Made by a program: the position numbers and the translations under genes
Source: Minisyncoccia bacterium
GTDB lineage: Bacteria; Patescibacteriota; Minisyncoccia; Phycocordibacterales; Phycocordibacteraceae
DNA length: 57,519 nucleotides
Direction of reading: 5' to 3'
NCBI GenBank assembly: GCA_049305795.1
Contig: JBAQPM010000005.1
Coordinates: forward strand, 1 to 57,519
Notes under the pieces: model-generated
Databases searched by the model: none
What the model saw: only the letters and a program-made list of their open reading frames with translations
Told to the model about the DNA's origin: nothing
Shown here: positions 45,632-53,060 of the stretch, one piece after another
Layout: each line of letters begins with the position of its first letter
Position numbering within the stretch: the stretch's first letter is position 1

Positions 45632-45985
45632 TTAGTCCACGTGTACGTAGAGCCGCTTTTGCCTGATCTTTGCGGCTTCAGCGAGGGCTACTGAAATCTC
45701 TGGCAAATGCAGACGGATCATTTCATTAGGAATATGCATTGTGTCGTAGCCGTTCTTGTGTGAGTAGTAGCCTCGTTCAAGATCAGCCAAAATCTGTTTT
45801 GGACTCGTGAGGTGTTGGATCCCGTCTACTTCTATGTTTATTTTTGCCTTAGGTAGAGCAAGGTCTATGGTTTTAAAGCCGTCGTGCAGTTCCTTATAGA
45901 CTGTAATGCCGTGGCTCTCTAGCGCACCTTTCAGTGCAATAGCTTCTCTTGTTGGGACAGGATTCTTGCTGACGAGATTTAACAT
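45632..45985 (-). CDS. DUF559-type (Vsr/restriction-endonuclease-fold) protein
   Basis: FKTIDLALPKAKINIEVDGIQH...DLERGYYSHKNGYDTMHIP fits the DUF559 pattern (D...ExDG...H...D..R). Confidence 0.6.
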   Translation of the reverse strand: MLNLVSKNPVPTREAIALKGALESHGITVYKELHDGFKTIDLALPKAKINIEVDGIQHLTSPKQILADLERGYYSHKNGYDTMHIPNEMIRLHLPEISVALAEAAKIRQKRLYVHVD

Positions 45986-45994
45986 ATTTCTATT

Positions 45995-46369
45995 CTACTT
46001 GGCACTATTTCGATACTTGATCATTTCTGCGGAATTGATCACGCCGATAGTTGCTGCAAGTTCGTGATAAACACACGCGTCCATAATGCGATTGTAATTA
46101 TCTTCGCCTACGCTAGAGATAGTACCTATTCGTTCGCCACATTCATCGAGTGCTTGTCCGCGCAGCGCCATATGAAGATCCTCGCAGGATTTCTGCATAT
46201 CTGCTCTTGTGTCCCCATGATTCCCCATATATCGGAGTTGCTCTTCGGAATAGCCCGAACAAGAAATGAGGTTCACTTGTTCTGTACGGTAATCAATAGA
46301 ATCTCCCCAATAGAAACCAGCAAACGCAGCTACTGGTATGAGAAGAACCAGCGCAGGAAGAAATTTCAT
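45995..46369 (-). CDS. Secreted hypothetical protein (124 aa)
   Basis: Signal-like N-terminus MKFLPALVLLIPVAAFA and several Cys residues. Confidence 0.55.
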   Translation of the reverse strand: MKFLPALVLLIPVAAFAGFYWGDSIDYRTEQVNLISCSGYSEEQLRYMGNHGDTRADMQKSCEDLHMALRGQALDECGERIGTISSVGEDNYNRIMDACVYHELAATIGVINSAEMIKYRNSAK

Positions 46370-46387
46370 ATGCCAATTATAGCTTGC

Positions 46388-47056
46388 CTATTTGAACCAG
46401 CTAAAGGGATTCAGACGGCTAACGAAGACCGAGAAGCGAGACCACAGTGAGACGGGAGCAATCTCTTTCTGATTGTTTGGCACCGTATCCACTGATGTAG
46501 AAGCCGAGAAGCCTGAACCATTGGAACTATCTTTTGAAATACTCTCGACTGGAATTGTTGGCTTTGCCTTTATTTCTATAGGTATTGAAGTTGTAGTTGG
46601 TTGAGAGTTTTTCGTTGGCTCTAATATTGCAGAGGCCTGTGCGGGTACCGTTTGAACAGGGTCTTTCTTTTCATTCTGCTTGATCTGTTCCGCAACAGCG
46701 TCTTGTATCTTTTTATTAAGTTGTTCGTCAGCGAGACGCTCGGCTTCCTTTTTTTCTGCGTCAATCTTCGCTTGCTCAGCAGAGATTTTCTCATCATATG
46801 CTGTTAGCAATTCTTTCGGGCAAGGAAACATCGACACCCCATAACCGCTTGGATTCTGTGCAGAGCACCCGTACTCAGAATACATATCCTCACCCTTTGA
46901 GAAAAATACGCACTGGCCATTTACTTTTAAACCAGACGTATTGCCGACACTACATTCAGTTGCTGCATTTACGATAAAGGGTAATCCGAGCGCAAATACT
47001 ACAGCGAGAACTACGAGACTTTTAAGCCTAATAGGCTTGTTTGGTAGGAATTTCAT
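46388..47056 (-). CDS. Secreted hypothetical protein with a coiled-coil and S/T/P-rich tail (222 aa)
   Basis: Signal-like N-terminus (LVVLAVVFALGLPFIVNA), a Cys-containing domain and a charged helix (EQAKIDAEKKEAERLADEQ). Confidence 0.55.
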   Translation of the reverse strand: MKFLPNKPIRLKSLVVLAVVFALGLPFIVNAATECSVGNTSGLKVNGQCVFFSKGEDMYSEYGCSAQNPSGYGVSMFPCPKELLTAYDEKISAEQAKIDAEKKEAERLADEQLNKKIQDAVAEQIKQNEKKDPVQTVPAQASAILEPTKNSQPTTTSIPIEIKAKPTIPVESISKDSSNGSGFSASTSVDTVPNNQKEIAPVSLWSRFSVFVSRLNPFSWFK

Positions 47057-47067
47057 ATATTTAGTAT

Positions 47068-47736
47068 TTATGATAACTCATCAAAATTCACTTTCCGGTT
47101 AGTATGTGAAAGCCCACCCTTCCCGACCCTCGCCCTACGGGAAGACTCGGAATTCCCGACAGTTTCCGACAGTTCCATAGTTGGCTTCAAATCAGGTTCT
47201 CCGTGTAGAAATTTCTGCAAATCCTCGTACCAAGATTCGCCCCATAACGCCCTATCGCAATCACGCAGTGAATAGTCCGGGTAGATGCCCTTCACAAGCG
47301 ATACATATTTCCAATACAGTCTCTTCTTCTCCTTGCGATTGAGGACCGTAATCAGTTTTCGTATCTGCTCTTTCTCGTCAGGTATGCGCTTATTTAATTG
47401 TTCTCGCACCCGATAGTCATAAACAGTAAAGATATCTGGGTAAAGAATCGTTAGAATCGCCGATGCCATTGCGATATCAATTCCGTCCTTGTCGAGCAAA
47501 AGATCAAGTTTCGCGTCAGGGTCTTTCTCGTTCGCAATAGCAATGGTAAGTTCTTTTACCGCTTCGTCAGGCAAACCAGCTCTGATTCTCTTTGCGGGTC
47601 GTCTTGATTTCCAAAATACGATCTCAAAAAACTGCTCTGCTGTAAGGTAGTGATTTTGCACGAAAGCAGACCGCACCTCTCTTTCAAGAAAATGGTCATC
47701 AACCCAGTAGTAGTGTCGGTAATCTTTAATAGGCAT
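47068..47736 (-). CDS. Hypothetical protein (222 aa from the ATG at 47736)
   Basis: Open frame; the tracked start at 47751 is GTG. The segment IDIAMASAILTILYPDIFTVYDYR weakly recalls helix-hairpin-helix-type proteins. The 3' end contains TTCCGACAG repeats. Confidence 0.55.
   Translation of the reverse strand: MPIKDYRHYYWVDDHFLEREVRSAFVQNHYLTAEQFFEIVFWKSRRPAKRIRAGLPDEAVKELTIAIANEKDPDAKLDLLLDKDGIDIAMASAILTILYPDIFTVYDYRVREQLNKRIPDEKEQIRKLITVLNRKEKKRLYWKYVSLVKGIYPDYSLRDCDRALWGESWYEDLQKFLHGEPDLKPTMELSETVGNSESSRRARVGKGGLSHTNRKVNFDELS
47153..47176. repeat. 10-bp tandem TTCC(C)GACAG repeats inside the 3' end of the 47068-47736 gene
   Basis: ttcccgacag tttccgacag ttcc matches 20 of 24 positions of ttcccaacag ttcccaacac ttcc at 47995-48018, in the same orientation. 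Confidence 0.7.
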
Positions 47737-47738
47737 GC

Positions 47739-47757
47739 AAAAACCCACCACGTGGGT
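47739..47757 (-). terminator. Terminator-like hairpin ending 2-3 nt before the ATG at 47736
   Basis: Minus strand reads ACCCAC-GTG-GTGGGT followed by TTTTT, then GC, then ATG. There is no T run in the plus orientation. Confidence 0.5.
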
Positions 47758-47773
47758 AGGAGCTTTCGCCCCT

Positions 47774-47881
47774 CATACGGGTTTCCCCGTATGGCCGGTA
47801 AAGACGACCCCACATGATGGGTTTTCGCGTCTTTACCGGACTTTTGGCCATACCTAGCCGGAGCTAGGGTTAGGCCATGCG
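47774..47881. other. GC-rich structured non-coding element with mutually exclusive helices
   Basis: - H1: catacggg (47774-47781) / cccgtatg (47786-47793).
- H2: gtatggcc (47789-47796) plus ggtaaagacg (47797-47806), pairing with cgtctttacc (47828-47837) and ggccatac (47846-47853).
- H3: cctagc (47853-47858) / gctagg (47863-47868).
- An alternative partner, ggccatgc (47874-47881), exists for 47789-47796.
- The H1 3' arm and the H2 5' arm share nucleotides. Confidence 0.55.
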
Positions 47882-47974
47882 CACTCCTCTATGGTATTCG
47901 GCATTGTTCCCCCTGTAAATACCCGTATTTCCCAGCAAAAGCAGGGCGTTCTTAGTTCCGATAGAAACCGATAA

Positions 47975-48022
47975 TTCCCTATTGTTCCCAAGCATTCCCA
48001 ACAGTTCCCAACACTTCCGAGG
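47975..48022. repeat. Five helically phased (10-bp period) TTCC(C) direct repeats in the divergent intergenic region
   Basis: TTCC starts at 47975, 47985, 47995, 48005 and 48015, with looser copies at 47907, 47929 and 47956. Units: ttccctattg / ttcccaagca / ttcccaacag / ttcccaacac / ttccgagg. Confidence 0.75.
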
Positions 48023-48118
48023 GCGAGATGTATAGCCGGGTTCAAACCGTCAAAATTCGTTTCTAAGGCGGCGTTGGCTTCGGATTGGCAGCATGGCACA
48101 GAGTGATACGATATTTGT

Positions 48119-48841
48119 GTGAATACTGCAGAAAAAATTAGAGCGGTTGCGAACGTATTCTTGGAAATAGAACGACGAGAGCAAAAGTGGGGGTTTCTGA
48201 CTTTCAAAGAAATCCAGCAAGAAACCGGAATTCCTAAGGAAGAATCGCTACCTATTTGCGAACTTTTTAAGAAAGAAGGCTTGATCTCTTACGAGTTTCA
48301 GCCCTTTGGTGATGGCGATAAGAAGTTCAGTATTTTCGATAGAGATAGAGATTCGATGGATGAGACAGGTGCGATACGCTTTTTTACTTTGCCGGAGGAG
48401 CACCCTTTTTCGAATGGAAGCACGAGAAAGGATGTAATACGAACAGATTTGCTTCAAAAGTTAGCTGAATCACAAGAAAAGTTGGAGAGGCTCGCACACC
48501 AACTCACACCAAATGTTTCGTATAACCCGACATCTCATCATCTAATCTGTGGTGATAAGACCACTGTAGTTAGATCCAGTAACCAGCGTGTTATTTGCGC
48601 GGAAATTTTCAGCAAACCTGCCGGGACTATATTTTTAGAAAATGATATCGCACTTCTGCTTGATCCTGTCTCGCCACAAGTAAATCCAGCACGCGGATAT
48701 CGAGGAGATTATCATCAGGTTTATAACCTCATTAACCAGATTAATATAAAGATCGAGGGACTGACTGGCGTTCCGCACCATATTACTTTCGAATCAGGAA
48801 GAATTTTTAGGGACCAAGTCTCTACTGCGGGGCGTACTTAA
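48119..48841 (+). CDS. Putative DNA-binding protein (N-terminal wHTH; possible OmpR-like winged helix at the C-terminus)
   Basis: GTG start. N-terminus GFLTFKEIQQETGIPKEESLPICELFKKEGLISY looks like a wHTH. The C-terminal segment (VRSSNQRVICAEIFSKPAGTIFLENDIALLL...YHQVYNLINQINIKIE) loosely resembles a trans_reg_C domain. Confidence 0.5.
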   Translation: MNTAEKIRAVANVFLEIERREQKWGFLTFKEIQQETGIPKEESLPICELFKKEGLISYEFQPFGDGDKKFSIFDRDRDSMDETGAIRFFTLPEEHPFSNGSTRKDVIRTDLLQKLAESQEKLERLAHQLTPNVSYNPTSHHLICGDKTTVVRSSNQRVICAEIFSKPAGTIFLENDIALLLDPVSPQVNPARGYRGDYHQVYNLINQINIKIEGLTGVPHHITFESGRIFRDQVSTAGRT

Positions 48842-48915
48842 AACTTTTAGTAATTGAGTTTCCTTTAAATTGGCGCGAGCGGACTTTTTTACTGTCCGCG
48901 TAATAAACGCGTATC

Positions 48916-49191
48916 ATGCAACATGACGAAAATGACATTTGCTCTTGGGAAACTCAGAACATAGGGCTCGCAGCTGCCCTCGTAGCAAGGGGGTACGAAC
49001 TTGTAGCTGTTGATTCTAGGGGTTTTAGATTCTGGGAAAGCGAAGAAGGTTTTCTCGAAGCGGTGGCTTCCTACCAAAGCGGAATCTGCTTCACTAAATC
49101 ACCGGAGTTATATCGAGTCATTCGCTTATTGGATCATCTCGCTGAATCAACTGGGATGATTCTTACCTCCATCCATGACTACGGAGGATAG
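48916..49191 (+). CDS. Small hypothetical protein (91 aa) of the island's integration/regulation module
   Basis: Open frame co-directional with the recombinase. It vaguely resembles small phage/mobile-element proteins (WETQNIGLAAALVARGYELVAVD); unverified. Confidence 0.45.
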   Translation: MQHDENDICSWETQNIGLAAALVARGYELVAVDSRGFRFWESEEGFLEAVASYQSGICFTKSPELYRVIRLLDHLAESTGMILTSIHDYGG

Positions 49192-49957
49192 CTTCCGTAA
49201 GTTGGAGCAATTTGTACCGTTCCCCAGAAGCGTGCTGACCGCACGCAAAGACGGCACCCTCACTCCAAATGAGTACGAGCTATATGTCTTTATTAGACAT
49301 AGCGCAAACCCGTATGGAATTAGTGCGGTTTCTCTTGAAGGACTTCAGGCTGATTTTCGCCATAAGAAAGGCTGGAGTAAAAATCGAATCAATAAGGTTC
49401 TAATTGCCCTGAAAAAGAAGAGGTTCCTCCACTATGCCAAGCGATCAGGTCGCCATGGTTCGTTCGACATAAAGCTTCCGCAATTCAGCACACCAGACGG
49501 ACATATTACGAGATTGTCTGAAGCGAGTGTGCCACCACTTACCAGAAGCAATGCCATTACTCAGGCAGAGGTGCGTCCGAGGTTGCATAGGGAGAGTCCA
49601 AAGTTGGAAGAAGAAAAAGATAACGAAATCAAGCCTGTTTCTGAGGTCATTGCAAACCGTGTCCAAGGTTCCTATACCGATACCGAGAATATACCTAAAG
49701 ATAATCGATTCCCTAAGCAGTCGCCCGGATCGTTCAAGCCCAAGAACTACGAGGAAGAAGTGTGCCGAGAAATAGCCTTGGCAGTTGGAGAGGAATCAAT
49801 GGCGTTTCTTTTAGGAAAGAAGCATAAACACGGCTTCATTCCGATTGAGCAAGCATGGGGTATCTACAAACACGACATTAGGAACAAGCGCGAAATACGC
49901 GATCCTCGAAAGTACTTCAACACCCTTCTCTCCAACCTCATTAAAGAGGCTCAATAG
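49175..49957 (+). CDS. Hypothetical wHTH protein (260 aa), possibly replication- or regulation-related
   Basis: N-terminal wHTH-like segment (LTPNEYELYVFIRHSANPYGISAVSLEGLQADF...INKVLIALKKKRFLHY). 17-nt overlap with the upstream ORF. Confidence 0.5.
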   Translation: MTTEDSFRKLEQFVPFPRSVLTARKDGTLTPNEYELYVFIRHSANPYGISAVSLEGLQADFRHKKGWSKNRINKVLIALKKKRFLHYAKRSGRHGSFDIKLPQFSTPDGHITRLSEASVPPLTRSNAITQAEVRPRLHRESPKLEEEKDNEIKPVSEVIANRVQGSYTDTENIPKDNRFPKQSPGSFKPKNYEEEVCREIALAVGEESMAFLLGKKHKHGFIPIEQAWGIYKHDIRNKREIRDPRKYFNTLLSNLIKEAQ

Positions 49958-50144
49958 CGTATGGATTTGTCTGGAGGGGTCGGAAAAGGTCGGCAATACG
50001 AGGACGAAGAAAGACTTGTCTCGTTCTTTCGACTCCTCCTTGAAGTGGATCGTCGAGTGAATCCCGATTTCTATACACGCTCCCCTGTTGCGGGTTCTGA
50101 CTCGAAACAAGAGGGTAAGAAAGAGGCCCCAGCCGTATAAGTAT

Positions 50145-51641
50145 ATGCAACCAATTACTCGCGCAACTAGGGCAATTCTTCTCGCTCGCGTTTCTGACGT
50201 GAGGCAAGATACCGAGGACGCGCAGTTGAGTAATATTAAGCATTTTGCCGAACGTTTTAATTTCGAAACGATTGAGGAATACAGAATCAAAGAGTCCTCA
50301 ACAAAGGGAGATCGGCGAAAGTTCCAAGAGATAATATCTGAGATTAAAGCGTCCAAAGTACCAGTTGCTCTTATCGTAGACACGGTGGATCGGCTCCAAC
50401 GAACCTTTCGTGAGTTCGTTCTATTCGATGACCTCTTAAAGCAAGGAAAGGTTGAGTTGTATTTCTATCGAGAGAATCTGGTCCTCAAGAGCGACGCAAA
50501 CTCCTCCGATATGATGCGTTGGCAAATGGGCGTGATGTTCGCCAACAACTACGTCCTCCAGCTTGGCGATAACGTGAAGCGTAAGTTCAAGCAAATGCGT
50601 GAGGAAGGAAAAAGGACAGGACCCGCTGAGGACGGCTATATTCCCGTCTACGAGGTTGATAGAGCCGGAAAGCGACACCGCATTGACATCGTTCCCGATC
50701 CAGAGAAAGCTCCTTTAATCGCTGAAGCATTTCGGCTCTTTGCGAGTGGTATGTACTCAATAAAAACGCTCACTGTTGAAATGCAGAAGCGAGGACTTAC
50801 TGGCAGAACGGGCAATCTGATCTGTACGAGCAAGTTGCATTTCATACTCTCAAACCCGTTCTACTATGGTCTTATGCGCTCGAAGGGCGAAACCATGCCC
50901 CATATATACGAGCCGATTATTAGCGAGGAACTATTTATGCAGGTGCAGAAAATACTCAAAGGGAGACGCAAGAACCCGACAAAGTTTGTCTCGAATGATT
51001 ACGTCTTCCGAGGACTCATACACTGCGCCAACTGCGGATGTCTATATAGTCCTGAGCGTAAACGCGGGCATTTGATCTACTACTCCTGCACGAACGCCAA
51101 GCACAACTGCAAGCGCGATTATATGCGAGAAGAAAAGCTTTTGGAGCCTATCCTCGAAACCCTCTCCAAGCTTGAACTGTCTAAGGAGAAAGTAGCGGAA
51201 CTCGTGAACGCGCTCCGTAAATCCACGGAGTCAAAAGGTCTCTACCAAAAGGAAGAACGCACACGCCTCACTAAGATCATTAACAATGAGCAGATTGTTA
51301 TAGACGGAGCCGCTGTTAAGTTCGCTCGAAGTGAAATTGAGAAGGAGGTGTATGACCGCTTGATAAGCGCGAGTCGAGAGAAGCAACGCCACGCAGAAGC
51401 AGAAATAGCCAAGCACTCAGACTTGGATGAGGACTATTTCATAAACGCCGAACGCGTCATCAATATCGCGAGCAGAGCGCGAGAAATCTTTGAAAGTTCT
51501 GAAGTTGATGAAAAACGAGCCTTTTTGACTTTCTTACTTCAGAACCCAACTGCTGACGGAGAAAAGCTAGAGTTTACGCTGAGATCTCCCTTTCAGGAGC
51601 TGCTTTCTATAACTGATCATCCAAACGAGCTGCGGGACTAG
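50145..51641 (+). CDS. Large serine recombinase (integrase)
   Basis: Resolvase catalytic domain (AILLARVSDVRQ, DTVDRLQR), recombinase domain (FILSNPFYYGLM), zinc ribbon (CANCGCLYSP...YYSCTNAKHNC) and a coiled-coil tail. The ATG is at 50145. The stop TAG (51639-51641) lies inside tRNA-Gln. Confidence 0.88.
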   Translation: MQPITRATRAILLARVSDVRQDTEDAQLSNIKHFAERFNFETIEEYRIKESSTKGDRRKFQEIISEIKASKVPVALIVDTVDRLQRTFREFVLFDDLLKQGKVELYFYRENLVLKSDANSSDMMRWQMGVMFANNYVLQLGDNVKRKFKQMREEGKRTGPAEDGYIPVYEVDRAGKRHRIDIVPDPEKAPLIAEAFRLFASGMYSIKTLTVEMQKRGLTGRTGNLICTSKLHFILSNPFYYGLMRSKGETMPHIYEPIISEELFMQVQKILKGRRKNPTKFVSNDYVFRGLIHCANCGCLYSPERKRGHLIYYSCTNAKHNCKRDYMREEKLLEPILETLSKLELSKEKVAELVNALRKSTESKGLYQKEERTRLTKIINNEQIVIDGAAVKFARSEIEKEVYDRLISASREKQRHAEAEIAKHSDLDEDYFINAERVINIASRAREIFESSEVDEKRAFLTFLLQNPTADGEKLEFTLRSPFQELLSITDHPNELRD

Positions 51642-51701
51642 GACTCGAACCTAGATAACGACCTCCAGAGGGTCGCGTCCTACCATTAGACGATCCCGCA
51701 A
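51631..51701 (-). tRNA. tRNA-Gln (anticodon CUG)
   Basis: Hand-folded 71-nt cloverleaf. Acceptor TGCGGGA/TCCCGCA has U1:A72, typical of tRNA-Gln. D stem GTCT/GGAC, anticodon stem CGACC/GGTCG, loop CTCTGGA, T arm CTAGG-TTCGAGT-CCTAG, discriminator G. No encoded CCA. Confidence 0.88.
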
Positions 51702-51754
51702 GGTCACAGCCGCGAAGCGGCTGTGATAAAAAGAACGATACGGGAAAATGGGCA

Positions 51755-51795
51755 AAGAAACAAGGCACTGACCTTTCGGTCAGTGCCTTGTTTTC
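51755..51795 (-). terminator. Intrinsic (bidirectional-looking) terminator after the 51809-52666 gene
   Basis: 15-bp perfect stem aacaaggcactgacc (51759-51773) / ggtcagtgccttgtt (51778-51792), flanked by A-rich and T-rich runs. Confidence 0.8.
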
Positions 51796-51808
51796 GAGGA
51801 CCGAAATA

Positions 51809-52666
51809 TTATGGAGAAACGGTCGTTGTAGTTGTTGCGGAAGCCTTTACTTCCTTGCTCTTAATAGCAGAAACGATAGTTTTTGCATCTTTGCGAGCGG
51901 CAACGATGTCCTGCTGTGCTGCCTGAATCTTTCCCTTTGCAGCCTTAAGTGCGGCAAGGTTTGCTTCAAAAACTGCCTGGTCGCCATTGTCAGGCTTGAG
52001 GTTTGCCGTAGTGTCTATGGCTGCCTGCGCCTCTATTTTTGCGTCAGCGATTTTTGCTTTATAGTCGGCGAGGGCTGCGGTGACGCTTGCGTCAACGGAA
52101 CCAGCTGCGTCAATCCTGTCTTCAAGGGTTTCGCCGAAATCTTCCATTTCAGCTACCAATGCTTTCACCCGCTCTGCTGCTGCGGTAACGGCAGCCTGCG
52201 GCATGACGAGGGCGTAAATGCGGTAGGAACCTTTAATGGACTTTATGTCTTCACGAAGCGTCGTCGTTGACGATTCTGCTTCTATTTTTGCTTTGAGCGC
52301 AGTGAGTGATGCGATTTGTGCGTTGATAGTAGCAAGAATGGACGTCTTGTTTTCTCCTGAAAGACGCTTCATCTCATCCAAGTGTTTGGAAAATGTACCG
52401 AGACGGTCAATACGGCGGTCGATTTCGTCGCCCGCGTGTTCTTTTGCTTTTTCAATGAGATCGTCAGAGAAATTTGCCTTTATGTCTGCCCGCACTTGTG
52501 CGCGTGCTTCGGTGCTCGTGCTTTTGCTTCGTGTTTCGAGGCGGAAGGTATTGCTTGTCTTTACAGAAGCGGAATCATCATCTAACCCATCGTCGTTTGC
52601 AAGGGCAAAGCCTGGCATGATGAATATGCTAAGCGCCATGAGGCCTGAAAGTATGTAGTTCTTCAT
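51809..52666 (-). CDS. Secreted Ala-rich alpha-helical protein (285 aa)
   Basis: Signal peptide MKNYILSGLMALSIFIMPGFALA, followed by long helical/coiled-coil-like sequence. Confidence 0.65.
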   Translation of the reverse strand: MKNYILSGLMALSIFIMPGFALANDDGLDDDSASVKTSNTFRLETRSKSTSTEARAQVRADIKANFSDDLIEKAKEHAGDEIDRRIDRLGTFSKHLDEMKRLSGENKTSILATINAQIASLTALKAKIEAESSTTTLREDIKSIKGSYRIYALVMPQAAVTAAAERVKALVAEMEDFGETLEDRIDAAGSVDASVTAALADYKAKIADAKIEAQAAIDTTANLKPDNGDQAVFEANLAALKAAKGKIQAAQQDIVAARKDAKTIVSAIKSKEVKASATTTTTVSP

Positions 52667-52687
52667 AGGGTATTGAGAAAGGTAACG

Positions 52688-52945
52688 TTAGATTGTCGAC
52701 TGTTCCACCGGCTGATCACTGAAACTTTGATCAATGGTTGCGTTGTCGGAACTAAAGGAATTGATATGTGCATCAATCGCGCCAAGGTTCTGGTCAAGGG
52801 CTTCGTCTGAGCTTCCAGACACAAAGCCGCTATCGGTTTTTTGATCTTTCATAAAAGAAACATCGGAACCTTTCCAAAACCAACACACAGCGCCAATGAG
52901 CACGAGAATAATTGCAGCGCTAACAAGTAAGGAAGTACGTGACAT
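52688..52945 (-). CDS. Small membrane-anchored protein (85 aa)
   Basis: N-terminal TM helix (LLVSAAIILVLIGAVCWFW) and an acidic/Ser-rich tail. Confidence 0.5.
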   Translation of the reverse strand: MSRTSLLVSAAIILVLIGAVCWFWKGSDVSFMKDQKTDSGFVSGSSDEALDQNLGAIDAHINSFSSDNATIDQSFSDQPVEQSTI

Positions 52946-53060
52946 GCGGGTGTATACGACTATTAAAGGTAATGGGTAAAGTATAGTCCTTTCCTGCTAC
53001 GTCACGGTGCAAGATGTGTATATCCCACACCGTGATTCTGTATGAAGACGTATTTCGGCC

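Larger units (their letters stand above)
36555..51641. mobile_element. AT-rich integrative genomic island abutting tRNA-Gln, with a large serine recombinase at the right end and defence cargo
   Basis: Composition visibly shifts relative to the flanks. The serine recombinase stop codon lies inside the tRNA-Gln 3' end. Cargo is Type I R-M, XRE, DUF559 and orphan genes. The left boundary is not defined (no direct repeat found) and could lie as far left as ~33.44 kb. Confidence 0.55.

Noticed and set aside
47854-48207. 117-aa minus-strand ORF spanning the repeat-rich intergenic region
   Set aside because: The frame is kept open by the TTCCC repeats (they give GSVGNCWECLGTIGNY). The protein is Cys/Trp-rich and has no SD or -10 context. 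It would overlap the divergent 48119 gene start by 89 nt. I treat it as a non-coding artefact.
49811-50383. 190-aa minus-strand ORF across the 260-aa gene / integrase junction
   Set aside because: It is antisense to the resolvase catalytic domain, which is clearly real, and has no start context.
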